From Macrostomum lignano (taxonomy: Eukaryota), in NCBI GenBank assembly GCA_002269645.1, contig NIVC01001878.1, positions 1-64,000 of the forward strand: a DNA stretch of 64,000 bases, written 5' to 3'. The notes under the pieces were generated by a model. The model had not been told where the DNA came from, searched no databases, and worked only from the letters and a program-made list of their open reading frames with translations. Positions 1-19,118 of this stretch are shown here, piece after piece; positions within the stretch are counted from its first letter, which is position 1; every line of letters starts with the position of its first letter. The position numbers were made by a program, and so were the translations under genes.

Positions 1-3000
1 GATCAGTTATACTTGGAGATCGTGATGCTTGGGATCTGTGATGCTTGGGGATCTGTGATGCTTGGGATCTGTGATGCTTGGGGATTCTGTGATGCTTGGG
101 GATCTGTGATGCTTGGGATCTGTGATCTTGGGATCTGTGATGCTTGAGGATCTGTTATACTTGGAAATCTGTGATGCTTGGGGATCTGTGATGCTTGAGG
201 ATCTGTGATGCTTGAGGATCTGTTATACTTGGAGATCTGTGATGCTTGAGGATCTGTGATGCTTGGGGATCTGTGATGCTTGGGGATCTGTGATGCTTGG
301 GGATCCGTGATGCTTGAGGATCTGTGATGCTTGAGGATCTGTGATGCTTGGGGATCTGTGATGCTTGAGGATCTGTGATGCTTGGGGATCTGTGATGCTT
401 GAGGATCTGTGATGCTTGGGATCTGTGATCTTGGGGATCTGTGATGCTTGGGGATCTGTGATGCTTGGGGATCTGTGATGCTTGGGGATCTGTGATGCTT
501 GAGGATCTGTTATACTTGGAGATCTGTGATGCTTGGGGATCTGTGATGCTTGAGGATCTGTGATGCTTGAGGATCTGTTATACTTGGAGATCTGTGATGC
601 TTGAGGATCTGTGATGCTTGGGGATCTGTGATGCTTGGGGATCTGTGATGCTTGGGGATCCGTGATGCTTGAGGATCTGTGATGCTTGAGGATCTGTGAT
701 GCTTGGGGATCTGTGATGCTTGAGGATCTGTGATGCTTGGGGATCTGTGATGCTTGAGGATCTGTGATGCTTGAGGATCTGTGATGCTTGGGGATCTGTG
801 ATGCTTGGGGATCTGTGATGCTTGGGGATCTGTGATGCTTGGGGATCTGTGATGCTTGAGGATCTGTTGTACTTAGAGATCTGTGATGCTTGGGGATCTG
901 TGATGTTCGGGGATCTGTGATGCTTGGGGATCTGTGATGCTTGAGGATCTGTTATACTTGGATATCTGTGATGCTTGGGGATCTGTGATGCTTGAGGATC
1001 TGTGATGCTTGGGATCTGTTATACTTGGATATCTGTGATGCTTGGGGATCTGTGATGCTTGAGGATCTGTGATGCTTGAGGATCTGTTATACTTGGAGAT
1101 CTGTGATGCTTGGGATCTGTGATGCTTGGGATCTGTATGCTTGGGATCTGTGATGCTTGGGGATCTGTATACTGGATATCTGTGATGCTTGGGATCTGTG
1201 ATGCTTGAGGATCTGTGATGCTTGGGGATCTGTGATGCTTGGGGATCTGTGATGCTTGGGATCTGTGATGCTTGGGGATCTGTGATGCTTGGGATCTGTG
1301 ATGCTTGGGGATCTGTGATGCTTGGGATCTGTGATGCTTGAGGATCTGTGATGCTTGAGGATCTGTGATGCTTGAGATCTGTGATGCTTGGGGATCTGTG
1401 ATGCTTGGGATCTGTGATGCTTGGGATCTGTGATGCTTGGGGATCTGTGATGCTTGGGGATCTGTGATGCTTGGGGATCTGTGATGCTTGGGATCTGTGA
1501 TGCTTGGGATCTGTGATGCTTGGGGATCTGTGATGCTTGGGGATCTGTGATGCTTGGGGATCTGTGATGCTTGGGGATCTGTGATGCTTGAGGATCTGTG
1601 ATGCTTGGGGATCTGTGATGCTTGAGGATCTGTGATGCTTGGGGATCTGTGATGCTTGGGGATCTGTGATGCTTGGGGATCTGTGATGCTTGAGGATCTG
1701 TGATGCTTGAGGATCTGTGATGCTTGGGATCTGTGATGCTTGGGATCTGTGATGCTTGGGATCTGTGATGCTTGGGGATCTGTGATGCTTGAGGATCTGT
1801 GATGCTTGAGGATCTGTTATACTTGGAGATCTGTGATGCTTGGGGATCTGTGATGCTTGGGATCTGTGATGCTTGGGGATCTGTGATGCTTGGGGATCTG
1901 TGATGCTTGGGGATCTGTGATGCTTGGGGATCTGTGATGCTTGGGGATCTGTGATGCTTGAGGATCTGTTATACTTGGAGATCTGTGATGCTTGGGGATC
2001 TGTGATGCTTGAGGATCTGTGATGCTTGAGGATCTGTTATACTTGGAGATCTGTGATGCTTGAGGATCTGTGATGCTTGGGGATCTGTGATGCTTGGGGA
2101 TCTGTGATGCTTGGGATCCGTGATGCTTGGATCTGTGATGCTTGAGGATCTGTAATGCTTGGGGATCTGTGATGCTTGAGGATCTGTGATGCTTGGGGAT
2201 CTGTGATGCTTGAGGATCTGTGATGCTTGAGGATCTGTGATGCTTGGGGATCTGTGATGCTTGGGGATCTGTGATGCTTGGGGATCTGTGATGCTTGGGG
2301 ATCTGTGATGCTTGAGGATCTGTTGTACTTAGAGATCTGTGATGCTTGGGGATCTGTGATGTTCGGGGATCTGTGATGCTTGGGGATCTGTGATGCTTGA
2401 GGATCTGTTATACTTGGATATCTGTGATGCTTGGGGATCTGTGATGCTTGAGGATCTGTGATGCTTGAGGATCTGTTATACTTGGAGATCTGTGATGCTT
2501 GGGGATCTGTGATGCTTGGGGATCTGTGATGCTTGGGGATCTGTGATGCTTGAGGATCTGTTATACTTGGATATCTGTGATGCTTATCTGTGATCTGTGA
2601 TGGGATCTGTGATGCTTGGATCTGTGATGCTTGAGGATCTGTTATACTTGGAGATCTGTGATGCTTGGGGATCTGTGATGCTTGGGGATCTGTGATGCTT
2701 GGGGATCTGTGATGCTTGGGGATCTGTGATGCTTGGGGATCTGATATACTTGGATATCTGTGATGCTTGGGGATCTGTGATGCTTGGATCTGTGATGCTT
2801 GAGGATCTGTTATGCTTGGAGATCTGTGATGCTTGGGGATCTGTGATGCTTGGGGATCTGTGATGCTTGGGGATCTGTGATGCTTGGGGATCTGTGATGC
2901 TTGGGATCTGTGATGCTTGGGGATCTGTTATGCTTGGATCTGTGATGCTTGGGGATCTGTGATGCTTGGGATCTGTGATGCTTGAGGATCTGTTATACTT

Positions 3001-4230
3001 GGAGATCTGTGATGCTTGGGGATCTGTGATGCTTGGGGATCTGTGATGCTTGGGGATCTGTGATGCTTGGGATCTGTGATGCTTGGGGATCTGTGATGCT
3101 TGAGGATCTGTGATGCTTGAGGATCTGTGATGCTTGAGGATCTGTGATGCTTGGGATCTGTGATGCTTGGGATCTGTGATGCTTGGGGATCTGTGATGCT
3201 TGGGATCTGTGATGCTTGGGGATCTGTGATGCTTGGGGATCTGTGATGCTTGAGGATCTGTGATACTTGGGGATCTGTGATGCTTGGGGATCTGTGATGC
3301 TTGGGGATCTGTGATGCTTGGGGATCTGTGATGCTTGGGGATCTGTGATGCTTGGGGATCTGTGATGCTTGGGGATCTGTGATGCTTGGGATCTGTGATG
3401 CTTGAGGATCTGTTATACTTGGAGATCTGTGATGCTTAGGGATCTGTGATGCTTGGGGATCTGTGATGCTTGGGGATCTGTGATGCTTGAGGATCTGTTA
3501 TACTTGGATATCTGTGATGCTTGGGGATCTGTGATGCTTGAGGATCTGTGATGCTTGGGATCTGTGATGCTTGGGGATCTGTGATGCTTGGGGATCTGTG
3601 ATGCTTGGGATCTGTGATGCTTGGGGATCTGTGATGCTTGGGGATCTGTGATGCTTGAGGATCTGTGATGCTTGGGGATCTGTGATGCTTGAGGATCTGT
3701 GATGCTTGGGGATCTGTGATGCTTGGGATCTGTGATGCTTGGGGATCTGTGATGCTTGAGGATCTGTGATGCTTGAGGATCTGTGATGCTTGGGGATCTG
3801 TGATGCTTGGGGATCTGTGATGCTTGGGATCTGTGATGCTTGGGATCTGTGATGCTTGGGATCTGTGATGCTTGAGGATCTGTGATGCTTGAGGATCTGT
3901 GATGCTTGGGATCTGTGATGCTTGGGGATCTGTGATGCTTGGGGATCTGTGATGCTTGGGATCTGTGATGCTTGGGATCTGTGATGCTTGGGATCTGTGA
4001 TGCTTGAGGATCTGTGATGCATGGGATCTGTGATGCTTGAGGATCTGTGATGCTTGGGATCTGTGATGCTTGAGGATCTGTGATGCTTGGGGATCTGTGA
4101 TGCTTGGGGATCTGTGATGCTTGAGGATCTGTGATGCTTGAGGATCTGTGATGCTTGGGGATCTGTGATGCTTGAGGATCTGTGATGCTTGAGGATCTGT
4201 GATGCTTGGGGATCCGTGATGCTTGGGGAT
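1..4230. repeat. Minisatellite array, 17-18-bp unit GGATCTGTGATGCTTG(G/A)G with variant GATCTGTTATACTTGGA; probably inside intron 2 of the SEC14-like gene
   Basis: Unit directly visible more than 200 times; the ORFs at 3413-4243 are translations of the repeat. Confidence 0.98.
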
Positions 4231-4297
4231 CAGTGAAACTCAAGGCCCTACAAAGCTACAGGGACCGTAGAAGACCTGCAGGCAATCAGCAATTCAC

Positions 4298-5244
4298 CTT
4301 GCCAGTCCCTCGGATCATTGCGGCCGATAGGATCGTACCAGACCGGGCGGCCCTCGCGGTCGTGGCCGCAGAAGCCGCCAGTATAATAGTCGGCTAGCAC
4401 GGTCGGCATAGCGAACTCTTCTAAAATTGCGTCGGCGCGAAATTCTCTGCGCCATTCGAGATGATCGCGCAGCATCTGCTCCGCCTTCTTGGCGTCGAAT
4501 TGGCGCGCTTTCACCCACCTGTTGAGTGAGAAAAATTTGTTTATAAACTGAAGAATGACAACCGCTGCTAGCAGCTAATACAACCGGTGCTAGCAGCTAA
4601 TACAACCGGTGCTAGCAACTAATAACAACCAGTGCTAGCAACTAATAACAACCGGTGCTAGCAACTAATAACAACCGGTGCTAGCAACTAATAACAACCG
4701 GTGCTAGCAACTAATAAACCCGTGCTAGCAGCTAATACAACCGGTGCTAGCAACTAATAACAACCGGTGCTAGCAACTAATAACAACCGGTGCTAGCAAC
4801 TAATAACAACCCGTGCTAGCAACTAATAACAACCGGTGCTAGCAACTAATAACAACCGGTGCTAGCAACTAATAACAACCGGTGCTAGCAACTAATAACA
4901 ACCGGTGCTAGCAACTAATAACAACCGGTGCTAGCAACTAATAGCAACCGGTGCTACCAACTAATAACAACCGGTGCTAGCAACTAATAACAACCGGTGC
5001 TAGCAAACGCAGCCCACCTGAACAGGTAGAAATCGTCATCGAACTCAGGACGCCAGATGTCGGCTACGTTGCTCTTTAATCTTTCGAATGCGCGGGCCTT
5101 TTTAGGGTCCATGAGATCCTGCAGCACGGCCTGACTGTAGGCATTGTGCTCGCTTGGAAATTGAAAATTCACGCCATTAGGCGAGGCAGTCGAACGGCTC
5201 ACTGGAGTCGTGGGTTGCGGGGTCAACTGCCGAAGTCGCTTCAT
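4298..5244 (-). CDS. SEC14-like protein 2 family (CRAL-TRIO lipid-transfer protein), 5' part; exons 5244-5018 and 4518-4298, remainder beyond the window start
   Basis: Spliced translation ...FERLKSNVADIWRPEFDDDFYLFR/WVKARQFDAKKAEQMLRDHLEWRR...YYTGGFCGHDREGRPVWYDPIG matches the SEC14L2 N-terminus ([23 protein letters not shown]...GGMCGYD..G.PVWYD); GT donor at 5017, AG acceptor at 4519-4520, donor GTGAAT at 4297. Start codon uncertain (5244 or 5112). Confidence 0.85.
4565..5006. repeat. 23-bp tandem repeat (GCTAGCAACTAATAACAACCGGT) filling intron 1 of the SEC14-like gene
   Basis: About 19 copies visible. Confidence 0.95.
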
Positions 5245-6002
5245 AGCGACTTGATTGGCGTTTTAATTGGTAACTGCTTGTTTAGCTTAACGATCGAGTT
5301 CAATACTGCTATTGAATATATCTCGCTGCAAAAGGTGCAACAGGGGTGCGATAGTATGGTCTTTAGGTACATGAAGTCTGTAGATAGTGTCTATAGGTAC
5401 ATGAAGTCTGTAGATAGTATCTGTAGGTTCATGAAGTCTGTAGATAGTGTCTATAAATAAAATTTCGGCTTTAAGTATCTCTAGTTTATAATATAGCTTA
5501 TAATAGACTGGTTTGTTAAACAGAAAAATGTATAGCAATATCAAACCACGCAATACTTACTTATCTGCCCTAAGTGTAAATATAAAAAACTACTTCAATC
5601 GCGCATGAGATGAGAAAAAATTCAAAAGAACTTTATTTAAACTACTCTAGCTACTATGAAACTGCTTATTTTATACAGAAGAAACTGTGTAACATACAAT
5701 TTTGCTACCTTCACAATGCGCAGGCTATATATATACCGTCATTTTTGTGTGCGTGTGTGTGTGTCAGGTTGTTACAGCAATTAGAGTGCTGCAGCGCTGA
5801 CAGGAGGTAGGAAAGTAACACACACGCATACACACACTGTACATGTAAACACAAGCATACACAGGTAAATCAGCTCTGTAGACGGTCTTGTCTCTTTCTC
5901 TCCATCTCTCTCTCCCCCTCACTCTCTCCTAGACCGAACATAGCAACTACACAGCAATTCAATGATAGAACTGTCTTTGGGGCTGCAGCTCAAGCAAGCG
6001 CA

Positions 6003-6718
6003 GATAGACTAGACTCAGTAATGGATATACTAGACTCAGTAATGGATATACTAGACTCAGTAATGGATATACTAGACTCAGTAATGGATATACTAGACTC
6101 AGTAATGGATATACTAGACTCAGTAATGGATATACTAGACTCAGTAATGGATATACCAGACTCAGTAATGGATATACTAGACTCAGTAATGGATATACTA
6201 GACTCAGTAATGGATATACCAGACTCAGTAATGGATATACTAGACTCAGTAATGGATATACTAGACTCAGTAATGGATATACTAGACTCAGTAATGGATA
6301 GACTAGACTCAGTAATGGATATACTAGACTCAGTAATGGATATACTAGACTCAGTAATGGATATACTAGACCTAGTAATGGATATACTAGACTCAGTAAT
6401 GAATATACTAGACTCAGTAATGGATATACTAGACTCAGTAATGGATATACTAGACTCAGTAATGGATATACCAGACTCAGTAATGGATATACTAGACTCA
6501 GTAATGGATATACTAGACTCAGTAATGGATATACTAGACTCAGTAATGAATATACTAGACTCAGTAATGGATATACTAGACTCAGTAATGGATATACTAG
6601 ACTCAGTAATGGATATACTAGACTCAGTAATGGATATACTAGACTCAGTAATGAATATACTAGACTCAGTAATGGATAGACTAGACTCAGGAATGGATAT
6701 ACTAGACTCAGTAATGGA
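6003..6718. repeat. 21-bp tandem repeat (ATGGATATACTAGACTCAGTA)
   Basis: About 33 near-perfect copies; produces the artefactual (MDILDSV)n ORF. Confidence 0.97.
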
Positions 6719-7479
6719 TCTATATGCTAGAAATGACTAAAATTTAATAAACAAAACACCCTATATAAATCCTATTGCGCTGAAAAAGGAGTTACAAAGA
6801 CTCGCACACACAGACAAGTCAGTCAGTACACAATAGGTCTCAACAAGTGTACTTTTAAAGCAATGGCCGGTGGATCACAGACTGAACTTCCATTTATGAA
6901 ATATTATAGAATAGTTTTCAATAAATATTTAATTCCAGCAATTAAATATACCATCGCATGCATGTCAGTTGACCTAGAAAACAACACAAATGAAATAAAT
7001 ACAGTTATACATTTTTATTGTCAGCTTACAGACCGAATCTAGGGAAACAAGAAAGAAATGACACACATACTCTAGGCAAATTATAATAATAATATAACTG
7101 AACCGAACATGACATTAGCAAAACCTGATACATTGGAAGAGCAGGGTAGGCCATTCGAATGATTTGGCACCGCGAGAGACGGGCAACAACACAAATAGGG
7201 GCATGTGGCAGCTTGTCTGGATATTATTAGAGTAGCAAGCGGGAGGCTAGCAGCAGAAATTATATTATTGAAACACGGAAAAGATTTCTTAGAGTCAATG
7301 GACTAACCAAATATTTTTATTGCACTGGCAGAAGTAGTTCAACACACATAGCCCTCAGTAGCTTTGCTGTGATAATAAAATTATAATTTTAGCATAATGA
7401 AATACTGAAATCTATATATAAGGAGGAAAGGTTGGGTGCCATTTGAGAATATCAATTCATATCAATAGAATTCGCGGCG

Positions 7480-8585
7480 TGGTAAAGAGGAGAGAGGAAA
7501 AACGGAAACAGGGAAGAAAAGGGGAAAGAAGGGAAGAGGAGAAAATAAGGGGGAAGAGAGGAAGAGGGAAAAGAGGAGAAAAGGGGGGAAAGAGAGGAAT
7601 AGAATGGGAAGAGAAGAAGAGGATGAGAAAAGAGAGGAAGAGGAGGGGAAAGAGAGGAAGAGGATGAGAGGAAGAGGAAGAGGAGGGGAAAGAGAGGAAG
7701 AGAGGAGGGGAAAGAGAGGAAGAGGAGGGGAAAGAGAGGAAGAGGAGGGGAAGAGAGGAAGAAGAGGAGGGGAAAGAGAGGAAGAGGAGGAGAAAGAGAG
7801 GAGAGAGGATGAGAAAAGAGAGGAAGAGGAGGGGAAAGAGAAGAAGAGGAGGGGAAGAGAGGAAGAGGAGGAAGAGAGAAGAGAGGAAGAGGAGGGAAAG
7901 AGAGAAGAGGAGGGGAAAGAGAGGAAGAGGAGGAAAGGGAAAGAGAGGAAGAGGAGGGAAAGAGAGGAAGAGGAGGAAAGAGAGGAAGAGGAGGGAAAGA
8001 GAGGAAGAGGAGGGGAGAGAGGAAAGGAGGGGAAGAGGAAGAGGAAAGAGAGGAAGAGGAGGGAAAGAGAGGAAGAGGAGGGGAAGAGAGGAAGAGGAGG
8101 GGAAAGAGAGGAAGAGGAGGGAAAGAGAGGAAGAGGAGGGGAAGAGAGGAAGAGGAGGGGAAAGAGAGGAAGAGGAGGGGAAGAGAGGAAGAGGAGGGAA
8201 AGAGAGGAAGAGGAGGGGAAGAGAGGAAGAGGAGGGGAAGAGAGGAAGAGGAGGGGAAGAGAGGAAGAGGAGGGGAAGAGAAGAGAGGAAGAGGAAGAGG
8301 AGGAGAGAGGAAGAGGAGGGAAGAGAGGAAGAGGAGGGGAAAGAGAGGAAGAGGAGGGAAGAGAGGAAGAGGAGGGAAGAGAGGAAGAGGAGGGAAAGAG
8401 AGGAAGAGGAGGGGAAAGAGAGGAAGAGGAGAGGGAAAGAGAGGAAGAGGAGGGGAAGAGAGGAAGAGGAGGGAAGAGAGAAGAGGAGGGGGAAGAGGAG
8501 GGGAAAGAGAGGAAGAGGAGGGGAAGAGAGGAAGAGGAGGGAAGAGGAAGAGAGGGGAAAAAAGAAAACAGGGAAAGGCGGGGGA
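7480..8585. repeat. GA-rich low-complexity / degenerate GAGGAAGAGGAGGG(G)AAGA repeat
   Basis: Almost pure purine tract. Confidence 0.95.
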
Positions 8586-9919
8586 ATCAGATAGACAAGA
8601 TTTCCAGCAATTATTGAGTTAAATAAATAAGAAAATAAATTACAGTACAGCTATAGAACCCACAGTAGAATGAAGACCATAAAAGCGAAACATTTTAAAA
8701 TAAGTGAACCGAACTGGGACAGCTATAAGCAGAATACAGAGAATTAAGCAAAAACACAATTGGTAAAAAAGGCAAAATATCGATCCAACAAATAGCAGCA
8801 TTTCACCTCGCGAGAGACACGCATACATCAAAAGTTGCTTCAAAGAAATCAAAGAAAAAATCAAATTTATCAGAACAAAGATCACTGGGGAGGGAGGATC
8901 ATTTTTGCTTCTTTGTTTCAATACTTTCAGCTTGTATCGTTGCACAAAATAAGAGATAACGGTTGCATGCTATAAGCTATGTATAGGGATACGCAGGAAA
9001 AGCCTAATAATGTTTCATTACTTAAGTTTAATCTATGGTGATTCCTAAGATAGATAGAGGGTGATTCTTAAGGGAGATCGAGGGCGATTCCTAAGGTAGA
9101 TCGAGGGCGATTCTTAAATGAGATTTTATTACACCAAAAAATATATTTGAAATTAACCACAGACTGCCGCACAAAACGATAAGTAGGTATTGACGTAAAA
9201 TATGGAGAATCAGGCTAAATATTTTTCATCAAACTGAAAACAGAGCCCACAGTTACAACAGCTAGAAATTGTCTCAGTCCGCAAAAGCAAACAAACTAAA
9301 AGCATCTTGTGCCGAAATTAAGCAAATTGGTATCAAGTCGAATGAATCAGATATTCTCACACAGGTACAAAAACTGCCACGGGAACTTTACGGATTAATT
9401 GGACATTGAAGTTTGTAAATTAAATTTCTCTTTTTTTAGCATAAAAGCAAAAGACCTAAACAAATGTACACACTAAAGAGACCAGTTATATGCTAACAGC
9501 TAGCTAACAGCAGGTCAATGTCAGAGGAATAAGAGATAAAAGGCACACAATACGGATGAGCTAGATATGACTGCCCGACAGACAATCAAAGTTTAACATT
9601 CAAGTAATGGATGGCGTTATATAGGGTTTGGCAGTGGGACACAACCAAGTAATTTTTGTTAATTTCTCGATTCTAATAGTTAGGGAAAAGTTTTAATAAC
9701 CACTTTAAATATAAATATCGGTTATGTCGGTTAATTTTCTAATCGAGCACCTTAAGAACGTGAAATGATTTTCAACATTAATTTGCGTTACCATTGCGCA
9801 GAATTTTTTCAAGCGAATAAGAAATATTAATGAACACAGCACAATAACCGCTGGCAAATTAGAATACACATTAAGGGCTGTTTTAACAGCTTATTTAAAG
9901 AGGCCAGTCAAGACACCAT

Positions 9920-11110
9920 TAATGTCTCAAATGTGTCTCGTTAATGTCTCAAATGTGTCTCGTTAATGTGTCTCAAATGTGTCTCGTTAATGTGTCTCGT
10001 TAATGTGTCTCAAATGTGTCTAGTTAATGTGTCTCGTTAATGTGTCTCAAATGTGTTTCGTTAATGTGTCTCGTTAATGTGTCTAGTTAATGTGTCTCGT
10101 TAATGTGTCTCAAATTTGTTTCGTTAATGTGTCTCGTTAATGTGTCTAGTTAATGTGTCTCGTTAATGTGTCTCAAATGTGTCTAGTTAATGTGTCTCGT
10201 TAATGTGTCTCAAATGTGTCTAGTTAATGTGTCTCGTTAATGTGTCTCAAATGTGTTTCGTTAATGTGTCTAGTTAATGTGTCTAGTTAATGTGTCTCGT
10301 TAATGTGTCTCAAATTTGTTTCGTTAATGTGTCTCGTTAATGTGTCTAGTTAATGTGTCTCGTTAATGTGTCTCAAATGTGTTTCGTTAATGTGTCTCAA
10401 ATGTGTCTAGTTAATGTGTCTCGTTAATGTGTCTCAAATGTGTTTCGTTAATGTGTCTCGTTAATGTGTCTCGTTAATGTGTCTCGTTAATGTGTCTCAA
10501 ATTTGTTTCGTTAATGTGTCTCGTTAATGTGTCTAGTTAATGTGTCTCGTTAATGTGTCTCAAATGTGTCTAGTTAATGTGTCTCGTTAATGTGTCTCAA
10601 ATGTGTTTCGTTAATGTGTCTCGTTAATGTGTCTAGTTAATGTGTCTCAAATGTGTTTCGTTAATGTGTCTCAAATGTGTTTCGTTAATGTGTCTCAAAT
10701 GTGTCTCGTTAATGTGTCTCAAATGTGTTTCGTTAATGTGTCTCGTTAATGTGTCTCAAATGTGTTTCGTTAATGTGTCTCGTTAATGTGTCTAGTTAAT
10801 GTGTCTCGTTAATGTGTCTCAAATGCGTTTCGTTAATGTGTCTCGTTAATGTGTCTCGTTAATGTGTCTCAAATGTGTTTCGTTAATGTGTCTCGTTAAT
10901 GTGTCTCGTTAATGTGTCTCGTTAATGTGTCTCGTTAATGTGTCTCGTTAATGTGTCTAGTTAATGTGTCTCAAATGTGTCTCGTTAATGTGTCTCAAAT
11001 TGGTCTATTTAATGTGTCTCAAACGTGTCTGGTTAAGGTGTCTCAAATGTGTTTCGTTAATGTGTCTCAAATGTGTCTGGTTAATGTGTCTCAAACTTGT
11101 CTTGCTAAAC
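9920..11110. repeat. Compound minisatellite of GTTAATGTGTCTC / AAATGTGT(C/T)TC units
   Basis: Directly visible. Confidence 0.95.
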
Positions 11111-11243
11111 TGTCTCAAATGTGTCTCAAACGCTCTGAGTACTTTCCTCATTCGCCATTAAACTGATGACGCCCTCATAAACCGATAGCCTGAGTACATA
11201 GATACTAGGGAATTAATCTCAACTTATATTAGCAACAAAAAAA

Positions 11244-16205
<4,962 letters not shown>

Positions 16206-17223
16206 GCTTTCTGTGTGCTCTTTGTTTCAAACTAGTTGGGGACTGGGAGATGAGCAGCAATTGAGAGAGGGGCCCAATTTTCAGCGACTTCAATTGTTGC
16301 CTCCAGTGTGTTATCGCTGGCTGGGCATGCAGTAATTACATACCAACTTTAATTTTACAAAAAATCTATAACTCAATTCTATTGAGTCTGCAGAAATTTT
16401 CAACTTCTGTGTGCCAAAGAGGCTCAGCTGTGTTAGGCATTTTATTTTTTTTATTTGACTGAACCTAGCTTCTGTGTTTAAATACAGGATGCCATAATTC
16501 TGATAATTATCAAATTTTATAAATATTTATCATAGGACTGCATAACTTATATTACAGGTTTGCCTCAATGAAAGCTTAATAGCTACTAAGTAATGAAGTT
16601 AACAATTGAGATAAGTCTAAAAGGGTTCATTTGCATTTCTATCAACTTAAGGTGCAATGCAATTTTGCATCAAAGTCTTGCCTATATTTTAAAGTATTTG
16701 ACAATATTTGTTTAAGTTTATATTATTATAAATATAATATAGAAGAAAACAGTCAAAAAAGATGATCAAATTAATAGGGTGTCACAGATGCATTCTATAC
16801 TATCTGCAGAACAATATTTTTCATATTTAGATTTTTACAACTGTAATAGCCAGTAGCAAGAAGTAACAATTCCCTATCTATGACATTCTTGCTTGAAATT
16901 TGATAACAAATTAAAGATTTTATATTATTTTTGGGTAAGTTATAAAACTATAAAAATAATTTCAGAGATAGTGCTTATATACATATTAAATATCTATATA
17001 TTGAAGGTCTATGATCATAATAAAAGAGACAAAGATCTAAAGCAAGATTTAGCAAAAGTCCTTTGAAATTTAACAATAGCAATTTGGCTTGCTTAAGGTT
17101 AGCCTTTTCTTAGCTGTCTTCAGTATTCTCTCTTTTCTTATCTTGTTTCTCCTATTTTTTTCCTTTTTCTAATCTTTTTCCCTCTATTTTCTTTGTTTCT
17201 TCTTTACTTTTATTTTCTTTTCT

Positions 17224-17275
<52 letters not shown>

Positions 17276-18019
17276 TATATTTCTCTTTTCTAATTTGTCC
17301 CCTCTTATTTTTGTAGCCTATAATCATGTGCTACATTCTATACCTGGCCTTTAGTTAAAAAGGTTTTCCAACCCTTAGTCTTGAGAGTAAATTGGTTTAA
17401 AATAAATTATATACACTTTTCTTTATAGCTATATTGCTTTAGTACACTATAAATTAGGGAGAGAGTAAATTTTAATCTCAATTCTATAATCTTAGTCTCC
17501 CAATATAACTTAGGTTTTAATTAGTCCAAAATAATTCTTTTGTTAGACTTTCATATTCTTATTTGAGCTTAGACTATTAAAATTATAATCTTAACAAAAT
17601 ATAAATTCTCAATCTTGATATATCCACAGACATTATTCTTAGCTAACCTAATAAATGTCTATATTTGCTATAACTAGTCCAACCTATTGAAGATCTTATA
17701 ATAGGAGTTATAATAAATATTTAAAACTTATTTCAACCTAGGCTAGGCCTTAATCTACACTATTTTATAATTATATTTCAAAAACAAAAATACAATTTTC
17801 AATATAGATAGTTTATCTTATTTTCTTAAATATAAGTCAAAAGGTCTAGGCATTTTAGAGTTTTATGCTTTATCTAATAAAGACATAATAGTTAAGGTCA
17901 TTCAATGGGACTATATGAAACATTTTAAAACTCTAATTTCTTAGCATATAAATTGTGCATTTGTTTTTAAGACCTTTCTATAAATTATTATTAATTAAAG
18001 ATTCAAATATATATCTAAA

Positions 18020-18300
18020 TCAAGGATTGGCAACCTTTAGCACAAAGGCTAGATCTAGCCCCTAAAGGCTTCCAATCTAGCCTTTAAGGTTTTAGATGAT
18101 CTAGAATTCTCAAAAAAACTACACCAATTGTTAATAGATGGTCAAATATTCAAAAAGCAAAGTTTTTAATGCTTTCAATATTTAAATTTTCAATTTGAAT
18201 GCTTATTGTCAGGGGGCTAGTATTGTAGTATGCTAATATATTTAGCAACATCAAAAAGTTGCCATCACAAAAGATTCTGTCTGCGGTTGCCACTTTTGAG
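18020..18300. mobile_element. Decayed hAT/Charlie-like non-autonomous element
   Basis: CAAGGATTGGCAACCTTT...GATCTAGCCC resembles a CAGGGGTTGGCAAC...GATCCGGCCC terminus with CpG lost; GGTTGCC end near 18286. Confidence 0.4.
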
Positions 18301-18614
18301 AGTGCAGGTAAAGTCTTTTATCTTTGTGAGTGACACAACTTGCTACATTGTGGCAGGCTTAATTTGAAGAATGAAGTGAGAGGCGGTGAGGCATGCAAGG
18401 ATTTTGTTCAATGGATTAAAGCCACCCAATCAGTTTTTGTATTTTTTTAGAATAGTCCAAGAGAAATGGCTTATTAGCCCATATAGTAATGACTTTTCAA
18501 TGTTGCTGAGTATATATAAAATATCAAACAATAAAAAAATTGATTTGGAAGTTGGTCAAATATTCAAAAATGGTTTTTTCATGCTTTCAATGTTTTGAAT
18601 TTTGAATTTGAATT

Positions 18615-19118
18615 CCAGTAACCATTTGTTTTGCCCATAAACCATTTCAGCCATGGACATTTTGCCCCCAGACCATTTCGCCCATAGACCATTTTGCCCA
18701 CAGACCATTTTGGCCATGGACCATTTTGGCTTTCGCCTCCAATTTGGACCAGGGTTGAAATGAACATGCGCACAACAATACGATTTATTATAAGCAAGGT
18801 TCAATAGTAGCCACCCCCAGTCCAGGGCTAAAACACCAACAATCTATATACTAATCCGTATACTAAAATTACAATAGAGCAGAGATGTGCAAATTGAGCG
18901 TGAGCCGCGGACTATGAGCACATGTATTGCATTACTGGCTGACTGAGAAATAACATTAATACATATACATTGTAACTTCAATTCCATTCAATTCATTCCA
19001 GGCTAAAATATATAATCACCATTTTGGCTAAAACACCCATTGCCAAACTGGTTTATAGGCGAAATGGTCTAGGGGTGAAATGTACATGGCCGAAACAGTT
19101 TAGGGGCAAAACAACCGG
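18615..19118. mobile_element. MITE with ~90-bp imperfect TIRs and ACCATTT(T/C)GCCC subterminal repeats, candidate AATT TSD
   Basis: Left CC...TTGTTTTGCCCATAAACCATTTCAGCCATGGACATTT matches the reverse complement of the right end; AATT flanks both ends. Confidence 0.65.

Noticed and set aside
3413-4243. 276-aa and 174-aa minus-strand ORFs
   Set aside because: Translations of the 18-bp minisatellite with frame-shifting unit lengths
6021-6740. (MDILDSV)n 239-aa ORF; the regular array could also be mistaken for a CRISPR
   Set aside because: A 21-bp unit keeps the frame trivially; there are no unique spacers and no other coding evidence
7443-8617. E/R/G/K-rich ORFs
   Set aside because: A purine-only tract cannot contain stop codons
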